IMG/VR virus record: IMGVR_UViG_3300046820_000088 | Location: 1-64,000 of that record | Length of the DNA stretch: 64,000 bases | Source of the DNA: a virus | Strand: one strand, 5' to 3' | Shown here: piece after piece, positions 29,607 through 39,964 of the stretch | Layout of the letters: each line of letters opens with the position of its first letter | How positions within the stretch are numbered: the stretch's first letter is position 1 | Translations under genes and position numbers: made by a program | Notes under the pieces: model-generated | What the model was told of the DNA's origin: nothing | Seen by the model: only the letters and a program-made list of their open reading frames with translations | Database searches by the model: none

Positions 29607-30272
29607 ATGGAATCAAAAGAGACAAATATGCCAACTAATACAGACAATCCTAAAGAACAATCGGACGCCCCACAAGAAGTGGGCGGATTCCACTTTGAGG
29701 GCCATATTAAAATATGGGAACCAGAAACTGGTGTTGTTCATAGAGATCAAAGAAATGCTATTCACTATGAAAATATGTCAGTAGCAATGGTTAACTCGCT
29801 TTCCAATCAAGGTCAGGGTACTATTTATGAAATGGTTTTCGGAACTGGTGGAACAACAGTAGACCCTACAGGGATTATTACATATCTTACACCTAATACT
29901 GTTGGGGTAAACTCCAGTCTTTATAATCAAACATTTAGTAAAGTGGTTGATCAAAATGCAACTGAAAATACAGACCCTGTAAGAAACAAAATGGAAATCC
30001 GTCATGTGAGCGGTGCTACTTATAGTGATATTATTATAAGTTGTTTATTGGACTACGGTGAACCTATTGGACAAGAAGCGTTTGATAACAGTCAAGATTT
30101 AAGTGGCAACTTTGTTTTTGATGAGTTAGGTTTAAGATCATACAACCCTAACGGAACTGGAAAGTTATTAACACATGTTATTTTTCACCCAGTACAAAAG
30201 TCATTAAACAGACTTTTACAGATCGATTACACAGTTAGAGTACAGAGTCTAACTGGATTTACAGAGGTTTAA
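29607..30272 (+). CDS. Baseplate structural protein
   Basis: Preceded by TAAATA (29596-29601); FDELGL...LLTHVIFHPVQKS.NR..QIDYT C-terminus; lies in the tail operon. Confidence 0.55.
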   Translation: MESKETNMPTNTDNPKEQSDAPQEVGGFHFEGHIKIWEPETGVVHRDQRNAIHYENMSVAMVNSLSNQGQGTIYEMVFGTGGTTVDPTGIITYLTPNTVGVNSSLYNQTFSKVVDQNATENTDPVRNKMEIRHVSGATYSDIIISCLLDYGEPIGQEAFDNSQDLSGNFVFDELGLRSYNPNGTGKLLTHVIFHPVQKSLNRLLQIDYTVRVQSLTGFTEV

Positions 30273-30275
30273 TAA

Positions 30276-32345
30276 ATGCCATATATTGTTAACTTTACAG
30301 ATAAAGAAAATAAAGTACCTATTACGGTATATGATAATACCTCGAGCACAGATACTAGTTTAACATTTCCGGGTCGAAATGTTACTGGTTATGGACAGAT
30401 TATTGCTGAAAACTTTTTAGCATTACTAGAAAACTTTGCCAAAGAGACTGCACCGGTTAACCCTGTTGAAGGCCAACTATGGTATGACACATCTGCTGGT
30501 GTGTTACAGATATGGGATAGTACAAACTGGAAAGCAGCCAGTAACATTCAAAAGAGCGGCGTTGAACCGGGTGTTGACCAATCTAAGATTGGCGAGCTTT
30601 GGGTAGATACTACTAACCAACAGTTATATGTTTTTAGTGGAACACGCTGGATTTTAGTTGGTCCAAACTTTTCAACAGGTTTGCGAAGCGGACCACTAGT
30701 TGAATCAGTTATCGACTCGGACGGTTTAACTAAGGTAATATTATCTTTCTACGTTGAAGACAAACCAGTTATTATTATCAGTAAAGATAGTTTCACACCT
30801 AAGATTACGATTTCTGGATTTGTAACTATCAAGTCCGGTCTAAATATTACTGAAGATGAAACAGGAATCTTAGGAGGATTTGCAGCTAAGTTATACGGAA
30901 CTTCGGTTAATGCAGACTCGTTAAACGTTGGCGGCGTAGAAGTAGCCGCTGGTAAGTTTTTAAGATCTGATATTGTTAATACTACTGAATACGGATTCAA
31001 CGTTAGAAATAACTCCGGTATAACAGTGGGTATTGACGGAACATTCAGTATTTCAACATCTGCAACTGCTGCTAAAGTATATAACTCTGCCGCAGGTAGT
31101 AGTTTAGATCTACAGTTGAATAGAGACGGTATTCCTAACACTGTTGTTCGACTAATCGACGACAAGGTTGGCATTAACAATCTGACTCCTCAAGAAGCAT
31201 TAGATGTAGATGGAAATATTACAACTAATGGTGCTGTTATTATTACTGACACATCTGAAAGCACTAACTTTAACAACGGAACTTTTAGAACAGCAGGTGG
31301 TATTGCTGTATCTAAAAATGTATTGATTGGCGCAGGATTAAATGTTACCGGTACTACTCAGGTAAATCATATTCAACCTGCTACTACAGATACATATGAT
31401 TCTGGTACAGCAACTAAGCGTTGGAATACAGTTAGAGCAAAAACTCTTATTGCAGATTCTATACAAGGTGTACTAGAAGGAAACATTGTAGGAAATGCAA
31501 CTACTGCTACTAACCTACGTTTTCCAACTACCTTTAGTATGGTAGGCGACGTTACTGCTCCTAATATTACATTCGACGGACAAGTAGGCGGAACTACTAA
31601 AACTTTTAATACTGCTCTAACAGCTACTATTATTAGCAGTAAGAGCGAACCATTTCCTAACGTGTCAACAGAAGATGACACAATATTGGTATTCAGACCC
31701 GGTACAGGCCTGATTAAAGAAAAACGTAATGTATTCATCGCAGACTTAGGAGTACCTATTGGTGCTATTCTTCCGTACGCTGGACAAAACGTACCAGACG
31801 GATACTTGTTCTGTGATGGCAGCGAAGTTGAAAGAACAAAATACCCAGATCTATATGACATTATCGGTACAACATACGGTGCAGCGATCTTAGGTGTAAA
31901 CACATTTAAGTTACCAGACCTTAGAGGTAGATTTCCTTTAGGTCGTGATAACATGGATAACGGACAAACTGTACCTAACTCTACAGGCGGATATGTTGAT
32001 GCCGGCGGCGGAAATGCTGACAGAGTTCCTGGTACTGATCCAGACAACGTTGGCGGATCTGGTGGTCAGAGTTCTAACAACTTGATCGTATCGAACTTAC
32101 CAGATCATGAGCATAGTATGAGAGGTTCAACAGGACAGCAATATTATGCTACCAGAATCGACACCGGAGCTCCACTAGATACTGGATCATTCTCGGACAA
32201 AGGACCAACAACTGTTGGACAAAGTCAGTATGTTCCTAGTTCAGGCGGTATTAAAACTGCTGGTAGTTTGGGACAACCGTTCTCTGTTATGAATCCGTTC
32301 TTGACACTGAACTACATTATTCGTTCCGGTCCAGCAGCATTCTAA
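30276..32345 (+). CDS. Tail fibre/baseplate protein with tail-collar domain
   Basis: Shared N-terminal ENF..LLENFA...GQLWYD module; collar motif PIGAILPYAG..VPDGYLFCDG...YPDLY..IG..YG...F.LPDLRGRF; ends NPFLTLNYII. Confidence 0.8.
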   Translation: MPYIVNFTDKENKVPITVYDNTSSTDTSLTFPGRNVTGYGQIIAENFLALLENFAKETAPVNPVEGQLWYDTSAGVLQIWDSTNWKAASNIQKSGVEPGVDQSKIGELWVDTTNQQLYVFSGTRWILVGPNFSTGLRSGPLVESVIDSDGLTKVILSFYVEDKPVIIISKDSFTPKITISGFVTIKSGLNITEDETGILGGFAAKLYGTSVNADSLNVGGVEVAAGKFLRSDIVNTTEYGFNVRNNSGITVGIDGTFSISTSATAAKVYNSAAGSSLDLQLNRDGIPNTVVRLIDDKVGINNLTPQEALDVDGNITTNGAVIITDTSESTNFNNGTFRTAGGIAVSKNVLIGAGLNVTGTTQVNHIQPATTDTYDSGTATKRWNTVRAKTLIADSIQGVLEGNIVGNATTATNLRFPTTFSMVGDVTAPNITFDGQVGGTTKTFNTALTATIISSKSEPFPNVSTEDDTILVFRPGTGLIKEKRNVFIADLGVPIGAILPYAGQNVPDGYLFCDGSEVERTKYPDLYDIIGTTYGAAILGVNTFKLPDLRGRFPLGRDNMDNGQTVPNSTGGYVDAGGGNADRVPGTDPDNVGGSGGQSSNNLIVSNLPDHEHSMRGSTGQQYYATRIDTGAPLDTGSFSDKGPTTVGQSQYVPSSGGIKTAGSLGQPFSVMNPFLTLNYIIRSGPAAF

Positions 32346-32354
32346 GGTTAAGAC

Positions 32355-34130
32355 ATGGCATATCAAATTAATAAAACAGATGGTACAATACTAGCAACTG
32401 TGGCCGATGGCCAAGTTGACCAACTTAGTACGGACCTTACACTGATTGGAAAAAACTACAGTGGCTTTGGTGAAGTTTTAAATGAGAACTTTATCAAACT
32501 ACTTGAAAACTTTGCTGAAACTATTGAACCAGAAAATCCTATTAAAGGTCAGATTTGGTTTGATAGCTCAGAACTAAAGTTAAAAGTTTACAACGGCTCT
32601 GCCTTTGTTCCGGTTAGTTCGGCAACAATATCAAACACACAACCGTTAACATTAGGTGTTGGCGACCTTTGGTTTAATGATATTGATAAACAATTATTCT
32701 TCTATGACGGAACTAATACCATATTATTGGGCCCTTCCTACTCAGCAGGACAGGGTCTCAGTGGTTTAAGAGTTGCTAACATTTTAGACACCCTAAACCA
32801 GAATCGTGTTGTTACATATCTATACAACAACGGGGTGTTGCTAGGAATCTTTAGTAAGGACAGTTTTACTCCAAAGATCGCTATTGAAGGGTTTGACGGG
32901 GATATCATTCCAGGTTTTAATGCAGGTACATTAAGCGGAATGAAGTTTGATGTTACTGTAACTAACTCTGAACAACTAGGTGGAGAACCAGCAAGTTCTT
33001 ACGTAAGAAACGACACATCGAACATTATTAACGGACAGTTAATTTTAACTTCAAACTTAGGTTTGATTGTTGGAGATGCAAGTCAGCTACAGATGTTTGT
33101 TAGTTCTGGCAACGTTGTTATGGCTAACATTGCATCGAACAAAAAGATGACATTCAACGTTAGACGAGGTGTTGTATCCGAAGAAGCTATCGACGTTGAC
33201 TCTGAAAATAGAACAATTACATTCTACAATGGATTACTAGACAGCGAAGTTATCACAGGCGGAAACTTTACAGTAAGAGGCAATCTTGTAGTTGAAGGTG
33301 ATACAACAACTGTTCAAACCTCTGTTCTAACTATCGAAGACAAAAATATTGTTCTTGCTAGTCTAGGAGACAGTTCTGCAAATAACGACGAGTACGCCGA
33401 CGGCGGCGGTATTGTTCTTAAAGGTGCAAGTGATCACGAGTTTACTTGGGATAGAGCACAAACTGCTTGGTATTCTACAGAACATATTAACCTAGCATCT
33501 GGAAAGGCACTAAAGATCAATGGTATAACAGTTATCGATGGAACATCTTTAGGCCCATCGATTACCAGTATCCCTGGGGTTACTAGTTTCGGTGCTCAAA
33601 CAGAACTAACTGTTGATGATTTTTATATCAACGACAATATTATACAAATAACTGCATCAAATACTGACTTGGTGCTTGACATAAACGGTACTGGCACATT
33701 AAATCTTAGCAATAAAAAGATTTCTAATCTTGCAGATCCTGTCGTAGAACAAGATGCTGCAACTAAAGAATATGTTGACAATACTATAGAAACTAGAAAC
33801 TTAGTTTTTAGTATAGATATTTCGGACGGTATTTCAAATACTGGTATCGGTACATATCTTACACAGCTAGCACCGCCAGGGGAATATCGAGACGGTACTC
33901 TAGCAAGAATTTTGTGTACTATTATTTCTAATAGTGCAGCAAGTTTGGATATCAATGCATTGGTTGATCCAAACAAAGTACCGACAGAAGTATTAACTCC
34001 TAGCGGTACTGCGTTTGTGACAGGCAGTTTTGCTTTTGACACTGCAAGTATTCCAGCCCAATCAGTATCTGTAACACGTATTGTTAAGATTTATCAACTG
34101 GTTAGCGGCGCATGGACATTCATATCATAA
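32355..34130 (+). CDS. Tail fibre protein (paralogue 2)
   Basis: Same N-terminal module (GKNYSGFGE.LNENF..LLENFA..GQIWFD); ISNLADP...DAATK.YVD fibre motif. Confidence 0.75.
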   Translation: MAYQINKTDGTILATVADGQVDQLSTDLTLIGKNYSGFGEVLNENFIKLLENFAETIEPENPIKGQIWFDSSELKLKVYNGSAFVPVSSATISNTQPLTLGVGDLWFNDIDKQLFFYDGTNTILLGPSYSAGQGLSGLRVANILDTLNQNRVVTYLYNNGVLLGIFSKDSFTPKIAIEGFDGDIIPGFNAGTLSGMKFDVTVTNSEQLGGEPASSYVRNDTSNIINGQLILTSNLGLIVGDASQLQMFVSSGNVVMANIASNKKMTFNVRRGVVSEEAIDVDSENRTITFYNGLLDSEVITGGNFTVRGNLVVEGDTTTVQTSVLTIEDKNIVLASLGDSSANNDEYADGGGIVLKGASDHEFTWDRAQTAWYSTEHINLASGKALKINGITVIDGTSLGPSITSIPGVTSFGAQTELTVDDFYINDNIIQITASNTDLVLDINGTGTLNLSNKKISNLADPVVEQDAATKEYVDNTIETRNLVFSIDISDGISNTGIGTYLTQLAPPGEYRDGTLARILCTIISNSAASLDINALVDPNKVPTEVLTPSGTAFVTGSFAFDTASIPAQSVSVTRIVKIYQLVSGAWTFIS

Positions 34131-34156
34131 TGTTAAATATGTTTAGGAGCGAATAA

Positions 34157-35968
34157 ATGCCTTATATTATCAATAGAGCTAGTGGAGAGCAGTTTTTAAC
34201 TTTAGAAGACGGAACACTAGACACGTCTACCAGTATAGGGCTGGTTGGTAGAAACTACACCGGATATGGAGAAGTTCAGAACGAAAACTTTTTATTTTTG
34301 TTAGAAAACTTTGCTAATGAAAACCCACCTGCTAGACCAGTATCGGGCCAACTGTGGTTTGATTCGGTCATTGGTGTCATTAATGTCTATGATGGTGACA
34401 GTTGGAATCCTGTGGGTTCAGCAGGTGTGTCGGAAACTTCTCCAGTGGCAACTACTGGTGCGCTGTGGTTAAAAGAATCAACAAACCAACTTTATGTTTT
34501 TAATGGAAACGAATGGACTTTAATAGGACCAGAAGCTGTAGAAGGCTTCGGGGTAACTAAAGTAGTTGCTCTTTCTATTCGTGCTACTGACAATAATAGT
34601 TATCCTATACTAGCAGTTACGGTTAATGACAGTGTGATTGCTATACATGCATCGAGCAACTTTACTATTGATGCATTAGATGCTATCCCTGGCTTCTCAG
34701 ATATTGTTGTCGGTACAACATTATCAACAGCATCAGACGCAACAATAAAAGGTCACCTAACTGGCAATGCAGACACTGCTACTCGATTAGAAACACCTCG
34801 TTCTATTAACGGTGTTCCATTTGATGGACAGACCGACATTACTATTACATCTTCTACAACAGGAACACTGCTCAAAGGTAACTACATCACTGGTTCAAAC
34901 TACGATGGCTCGACAACTATCACCTGGGCCGTTGATGCAACTTCATCAAATATAATTGGAAAAGTTGTTGCAAGAGATAGTGCAGGTGATTTTAGTGCAG
35001 GAACAATTACTGCTGATCTAGTTGGAAATGTTACAGGCAATGTAACATCAGAAGGTGGGGTCAGTAGCTTCGATATTATTGAAGCAAATGAGATTAGGGG
35101 AGCAACACTATCTGGTAACTCTTACTCTGCTTCTAGATTGCAAACAGCAAGAAAGATTAATGATATATTATTTGACGGATCTGCTGATGTAACGGTGCCG
35201 GCGGATGCTAATACACTAACAGGTTCAGTTCTAAATCCGTCAGTGCTTGAATCTAGTTTAACCAGTGTTGGCTCATTAACTTCCCTGAAAGTATTAGATG
35301 CTGGTATTGTTATTGGTAATAATGACGATATTATCTTTAGAGTAGAGGGCGGAACAGTACCAACATTGGCTGTACAGAACGGACTAGGGCTTGCGATTAC
35401 CATTAATGATCCCCAGCAAGCTGGCGGCACAGCAAGTTTTGAGTTTGTGTCGAGTGAAGTTTCTCTAGAAGCAGGCGGCTCAGAAGACCCTTCGTTTGTA
35501 GGCGATTTAAACTCAAAATGTAATATCGGATTACCTACAAGAACATTTGGAAACGTATATTCTGATAACTTTATCGGTATTGCATCCTCGGCAAAGTATG
35601 CCGATCTTGCAGAGCGTTATTCTGCAGATGCTGCATACGAACCAGGAACAGTATTAGAGTTTGGCGGTGAGTTTGAAGTTACTCTAGCATCAGTTGAAAC
35701 TGCTAAAGTTGCTGGTGTAGTTTCAACAAATCCTGCGTATCTAATGAATTCAGAACTCAAATCGACAAATACAGCAGATATTGCATTACAAGGCAGGGTT
35801 CCTTGTAAAGTTTTAGGTAAAGTTAGCAAGGGAGATATGCTTGTTAGTGCTGGAAATGGCTATGCAAAAGTATCTAACGCACCATCTATAGGCACTGTTA
35901 TCGGTAAATCCTTAGAAAACTTTAACGGTGAAGTTGGGGTAATCGAAGTGGTAGTTGGTAGGATTTAA
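34157..35968 (+). CDS. Tail fibre protein (paralogue 3) with C-terminal autocleaving chaperone-like domain
   Basis: Same N-terminal module; ATRL.T.R.INGV.FDG..DI repeats; C-terminal YADLAERY...GVVSTNPAY.MN...GRVPCKV; TAAATA upstream (34134-34139). Confidence 0.75.
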   Translation: MPYIINRASGEQFLTLEDGTLDTSTSIGLVGRNYTGYGEVQNENFLFLLENFANENPPARPVSGQLWFDSVIGVINVYDGDSWNPVGSAGVSETSPVATTGALWLKESTNQLYVFNGNEWTLIGPEAVEGFGVTKVVALSIRATDNNSYPILAVTVNDSVIAIHASSNFTIDALDAIPGFSDIVVGTTLSTASDATIKGHLTGNADTATRLETPRSINGVPFDGQTDITITSSTTGTLLKGNYITGSNYDGSTTITWAVDATSSNIIGKVVARDSAGDFSAGTITADLVGNVTGNVTSEGGVSSFDIIEANEIRGATLSGNSYSASRLQTARKINDILFDGSADVTVPADANTLTGSVLNPSVLESSLTSVGSLTSLKVLDAGIVIGNNDDIIFRVEGGTVPTLAVQNGLGLAITINDPQQAGGTASFEFVSSEVSLEAGGSEDPSFVGDLNSKCNIGLPTRTFGNVYSDNFIGIASSAKYADLAERYSADAAYEPGTVLEFGGEFEVTLASVETAKVAGVVSTNPAYLMNSELKSTNTADIALQGRVPCKVLGKVSKGDMLVSAGNGYAKVSNAPSIGTVIGKSLENFNGEVGVIEVVVGRI

Positions 35969-36003
35969 AAATAAGATAAATAACAGTATAACGGAGTGGA
36001 TGA

Positions 36004-37773
36004 ATGGCATATCAAGTAGACAGATTTAATGGAACGTTTTTAGTCTCAGTGGACGACGGTACCATTGATACAACCACCGATTTAAGATTTGTAGGTAAAA
36101 ACTATGCCGGCTACGGCGAAGTACAAAATGAAAACTTTTTGCACTTAATGGAAAACTTTGCCAATACAAGTCCACCTCCAAAAGTACTTTCCGGGCAAGT
36201 TTGGTATGATAGCGGCAATAAAAAGCTAAAGTTTTACGACGGAAACAGATTTAAAAATGCAGGCGGTGCCGAAGTAAGTGGCACAGCTCCTTCCGGGCTA
36301 GCAGAAGGCGAGTTCTGGTGGGACAGTTCTGCACAACAACTATATGCATGGACAGGAACTGACTATGTTTTAGTTGGTCCCGAGTCAGCTCCAGATCTAG
36401 GAGCTTCATCAATTGTATCATTGGTTGTAAAAGATACACTAGGAGTTAACCATAGCATCGGCAAACTTCAATCCGGTGGCGACTGTATTGCTATCATAAG
36501 CAAGGATACATTTACTCTGAATAGTGTTGTTAATCCTATTACTGGATTCAGTGTTATTAAGAAAGGTATGAACCTTATTAATACCGGAGGAACTACTGGA
36601 GTTACTACATCTGATCATTATTTCTGGGGAACTGCATCAAACTCATTGAAGTTAGGCGGGTTCAGTGCAGAGGATTTTGTCAGAGCTGGTAGTGCAACAT
36701 TTAACACAGCAGTTGGTTTTGGTGATTCTGGGTTTACTATCGGCGACCAGAATGACATTCGTTTCAGAATTGAGAACGGAGATGAGCCTGTATTAGAAAA
36801 TCAACTAGGTAATTCTATCAAAGTTAGAATCAGAATCAGCGATGTTGATCAGCGAGATGTATCTATATTTACTACTACTGGTGTTGTTCCGGGTACTACA
36901 GATTTTTATTCATTAGGATCATCTTCCAGCAAATGGGCTAACGTATTTTCTACTACATTTACTGGAGCACTATTAGGCAATGTAACTGGTAATGTATCTG
37001 GTAATGTGACAGGAAACATCTTAGCATCTGATGCAAGTGTAATGGTTAACTCTGCTACCAAGACATTTTTTGGTACATTGGGTTCACCGTCCACATTGGC
37101 TACTGTTTATGGTAACCTTTTAGGCGATGTTACTGGTACAGCAAGTAATGCAATCACGCTGAACGGAAGTTTATCATCTGTTTCAGCTACAGCTTCTACT
37201 CTAGCACTAAGAGATACTGGCGGTAATCTTACATCAACTAGATTTATTGGTACAGCAGATCTAGCAAATAGAATTAAAATAGATGACTCGGCAGTAGACA
37301 CTGATCCGTCTTATAGAACTGCAAAAACAATAGCTATTGCTAATACAATCGCTGCAAGAACCAGTTCTGGAAACTTAGTAGCAAACGTATTTGAAGGTAC
37401 TGCTACTAGCGCACGTTATGCTGATTTGGCAGAAAAGTATCTAGCAGACGCAGAATACGAACCAGGAACGGTGGTTTGTATTGGAGGCGAAAAAGAAGTT
37501 ACTGCAAGCACCTGGGGCAAACGTGCCATTGGTGTAGTAAGTACCAATCCGGCGTTTATGATGAACAAGGATTTAGAAGGCGGAACATATATTGCATTAA
37601 AAGGCCGTGTACCAGTTAAGGTTATCGGACGTATCAAGAGAGGCGAAGATTTGATTGCAGCAAATAACGGTTGTGCCGTAATGGCAGTGCCACATGCTAG
37701 CGGAGTCTTTGCAGTTGCATTAGAAACTAGCGATGATGAAGGCGTAAAAGTCATAGAAGCATTGGTACTATAA
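36004..37773 (+). CDS. Tail fibre protein (paralogue 4) with C-terminal autocleaving chaperone-like domain
   Basis: Same N-terminal module; GNVTG repeats; C-terminal YADLAEKY...GVVSTNPAF.MN...GRVPVKV; TAAATA upstream (35977-35982). Confidence 0.75.
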   Translation: MAYQVDRFNGTFLVSVDDGTIDTTTDLRFVGKNYAGYGEVQNENFLHLMENFANTSPPPKVLSGQVWYDSGNKKLKFYDGNRFKNAGGAEVSGTAPSGLAEGEFWWDSSAQQLYAWTGTDYVLVGPESAPDLGASSIVSLVVKDTLGVNHSIGKLQSGGDCIAIISKDTFTLNSVVNPITGFSVIKKGMNLINTGGTTGVTTSDHYFWGTASNSLKLGGFSAEDFVRAGSATFNTAVGFGDSGFTIGDQNDIRFRIENGDEPVLENQLGNSIKVRIRISDVDQRDVSIFTTTGVVPGTTDFYSLGSSSSKWANVFSTTFTGALLGNVTGNVSGNVTGNILASDASVMVNSATKTFFGTLGSPSTLATVYGNLLGDVTGTASNAITLNGSLSSVSATASTLALRDTGGNLTSTRFIGTADLANRIKIDDSAVDTDPSYRTAKTIAIANTIAARTSSGNLVANVFEGTATSARYADLAEKYLADAEYEPGTVVCIGGEKEVTASTWGKRAIGVVSTNPAFMMNKDLEGGTYIALKGRVPVKVIGRIKRGEDLIAANNGCAVMAVPHASGVFAVALETSDDEGVKVIEALVL

Positions 37774-37782
37774 GGATAAGAA

Positions 37783-38697
37783 ATGGCAGTCGGCGATTTT
37801 ATTACAGCAACAGACTATAATACCATCCGATCAAAGGTAGCATCGGTATTAGGTAACGGGTCTATTAGCTACGGATATGGACAAACTGTACAAAGTTCAA
37901 CAGTTGCAGTTGGAAACACTGTAACTAAAACACAGTGGGATGCTTTGCGTTGGGATTTATACAATGCATTATTTCATCAAACAGGCACAGTTCCGAGTAT
38001 TACACAGGTAGCGGTCGGCGACGTTATTCAGTTTGGCGCCGGATTTCCAAATAACCAATATAACACACTAGCTGATACAGCCGTTACTAACAGATTTAAT
38101 CTTGGTACAGGACAGTATGTTACAGAAGTAAAAGGATCAGTTAGCAAGACTGATTCTTGGTATTCAAATGTATCTTCTACAGTTACAGTTACATTTCCTA
38201 CACAATATCACGCAAATCATTTTTTTAATAGCGGTGGAAAAGTTAGATTTACTAGCACAAGAACTGGGGGCAGTGCTGTAGCGCAGAATAGTTCTTGGAG
38301 TAACATTTTAGCATCAGCTGGAACGCAGGCTTTTTCTGCAACAACTACACTAAATCTTTATAATCTAACCAGCAGCGATCAAACATTCTACACACTATCT
38401 GGTAGCAGCCCGTATTCATCAAACACATATCGTATACAGGCAAGATGTAATGTTGCTAACAACTCCGGCGGTACTGCAAATGTTATTACATTTACAGTCA
38501 GTTGGATTGACAACTATGTTGACTCCGGCCCAGCAACATCGGAAAATCCTGCTCCGGGCGATCTAGTTGATGGTACATTAACATTAGATGTTGACCAAAT
38601 ACGTGCAACTGGTACACTGCAACCAGCTCCTGCTACCGGTCCATTTACTATTTCTGGACCATCTGGTTACACAATCTCTGCAATCTCCGGAACTTAA
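37783..38697 (+). CDS. Virion structural protein (Ser/Thr-rich, tail-associated)
   Basis: Last gene of the fibre cluster; GYGQ and FFNSGG.VRF motifs; AAGGA RBS. Confidence 0.55.
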   Translation: MAVGDFITATDYNTIRSKVASVLGNGSISYGYGQTVQSSTVAVGNTVTKTQWDALRWDLYNALFHQTGTVPSITQVAVGDVIQFGAGFPNNQYNTLADTAVTNRFNLGTGQYVTEVKGSVSKTDSWYSNVSSTVTVTFPTQYHANHFFNSGGKVRFTSTRTGGSAVAQNSSWSNILASAGTQAFSATTTLNLYNLTSSDQTFYTLSGSSPYSSNTYRIQARCNVANNSGGTANVITFTVSWIDNYVDSGPATSENPAPGDLVDGTLTLDVDQIRATGTLQPAPATGPFTISGPSGYTISAISGT

Positions 38698-38704
38698 AAT
38701 TTAA

Positions 38705-38748
38705 CTCCTATTAAGTACCACATAAATAATGTGCGTATTTAATAGGAG
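38705..38748 (+). promoter_or_regulatory. RBS-sequestering hairpin with a late promoter (TAAATA 38723-38728) at its apex
   Basis: CTCCTATTAAGTAC-CACAT-AAATA-ATGTG-C-GTATTTAATAGGAG forms a ~19-bp stem (one G-U, one bulge) that pairs the AGGAG of the next gene. Confidence 0.75.
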
Positions 38749-38753
38749 ATCTC

Positions 38754-39104
38754 ATGGACGAACGTCTACAAAAAGCCTTAGAATTTTCTAACTACAGGCA
38801 AACACTCTCAATCCAACGTAAGCAACTTAAAGAAAAGATTGACGCTAGATTAACCTACGGATTTAACGGCGGTATCTTTAAGATTGATAGATCTCTGTTA
38901 ACATTTGTACAGATGTTATTAGATCAAGGCAGAGCAACAGATGTTCCGTTGTTAGATTCTAATGAGAATCCAATATTGATTAATAATCTTGAAGCATTTA
39001 GGGATGAAATATTGGATAGATATTTTACATCAACGTATGAATATTACGAAGAATATCAAAAACTAAAACAGAGCAGGTCTGTTGAAAAGTTACTAGATTT
39101 ATGA
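38754..39104 (+). CDS. Hypothetical protein, first gene of the glycosyltransferase operon
   Basis: Strong AGGAG RBS; ATGA overlap with the next gene. Confidence 0.7.
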   Translation: MDERLQKALEFSNYRQTLSIQRKQLKEKIDARLTYGFNGGIFKIDRSLLTFVQMLLDQGRATDVPLLDSNENPILINNLEAFRDEILDRYFTSTYEYYEEYQKLKQSRSVEKLLDL

Positions 39105-39964
39105 ACAAAGGTGTATTAATATTTGCTCATAACAATCCTAACATTGATTATGGTCTAATGGCGATTATTGCCGGAGGGCTTGCTAAGAAAAACTTAGGAG
39201 TTCCTGTGTCTGTTATTACGGACAAGTGGACAATCTCTTGGCTAAAAGAAACAGGTATGTACGACAAAGCTGTTGAGGTGTTTGATAAAATAATAGAAGT
39301 TGAAAAGCCTGTTACAAAGAATACTCGAAAGTTACACGACGGTTTTGACAGCAAGATTGTTCCATTTGAAAACTCTAACAGATATTCAGTATATGATTTA
39401 AGCCCTTATGATAAAACACTTATGATTGACAGTGATTATCTAATCTTCACTGATACACTAAATGAGTATTGGGATGTTGATGCAAGTGTTATGATGAGCG
39501 AATCGATGAATGATATTATAGGAGATCGCGTAGGTATCCTTGACAAGCGTGTATCCGAAACAGGTATTCATATGTTTTGGGCCACAACTGTGATGTTTAC
39601 AAAGAATGAAGAGAGTCGGTTCTTCTTTAAGCTAGTTGACTTTATTAAAGACAACTATAGATACTATGCAGATTTGTTTAGATTTAATCCTAAACAATAT
39701 AGAAACGATATTGCGTTTAGTATTGCAAAACATTTAATGAATGGTTTTGAAACTGAGTTTGTCTATACCTTACCGCCTGTGCTAACAGTTTCTGATAAAG
39801 ATATGCTTCACTTAGTTAAAGATAACGGCGACTTGATATTTTTATTAGATCAGCCACTCGATTGCGGCAGCTTTTGGTCGTCGGTTACACGTTCGGCAGA
39901 TATACATGTAATCAATAAACAAAGTATCATTAGACATTCTAAACCTCTATTGGAGTTGATATGA
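39101..39964 (+). CDS. GT-A fold glycosyltransferase (nucleotide-diphospho-sugar transferase)
   Basis: KGVLIFA N-terminus; YDLSPYDKTLMIDSDY (DxD); RND.AFSIA; HVINK. Confidence 0.7.
   Translation: MNKGVLIFAHNNPNIDYGLMAIIAGGLAKKNLGVPVSVITDKWTISWLKETGMYDKAVEVFDKIIEVEKPVTKNTRKLHDGFDSKIVPFENSNRYSVYDLSPYDKTLMIDSDYLIFTDTLNEYWDVDASVMMSESMNDIIGDRVGILDKRVSETGIHMFWATTVMFTKNEESRFFFKLVDFIKDNYRYYADLFRFNPKQYRNDIAFSIAKHLMNGFETEFVYTLPPVLTVSDKDMLHLVKDNGDLIFLLDQPLDCGSFWSSVTRSADIHVINKQSIIRHSKPLLELI

Noticed and set aside
31373-32047. 224-aa antisense ORF and the many other antisense ORFs in the track
   Set aside because: They lie opposite well-supported genes and are expected from codon bias; no RBS or motifs.
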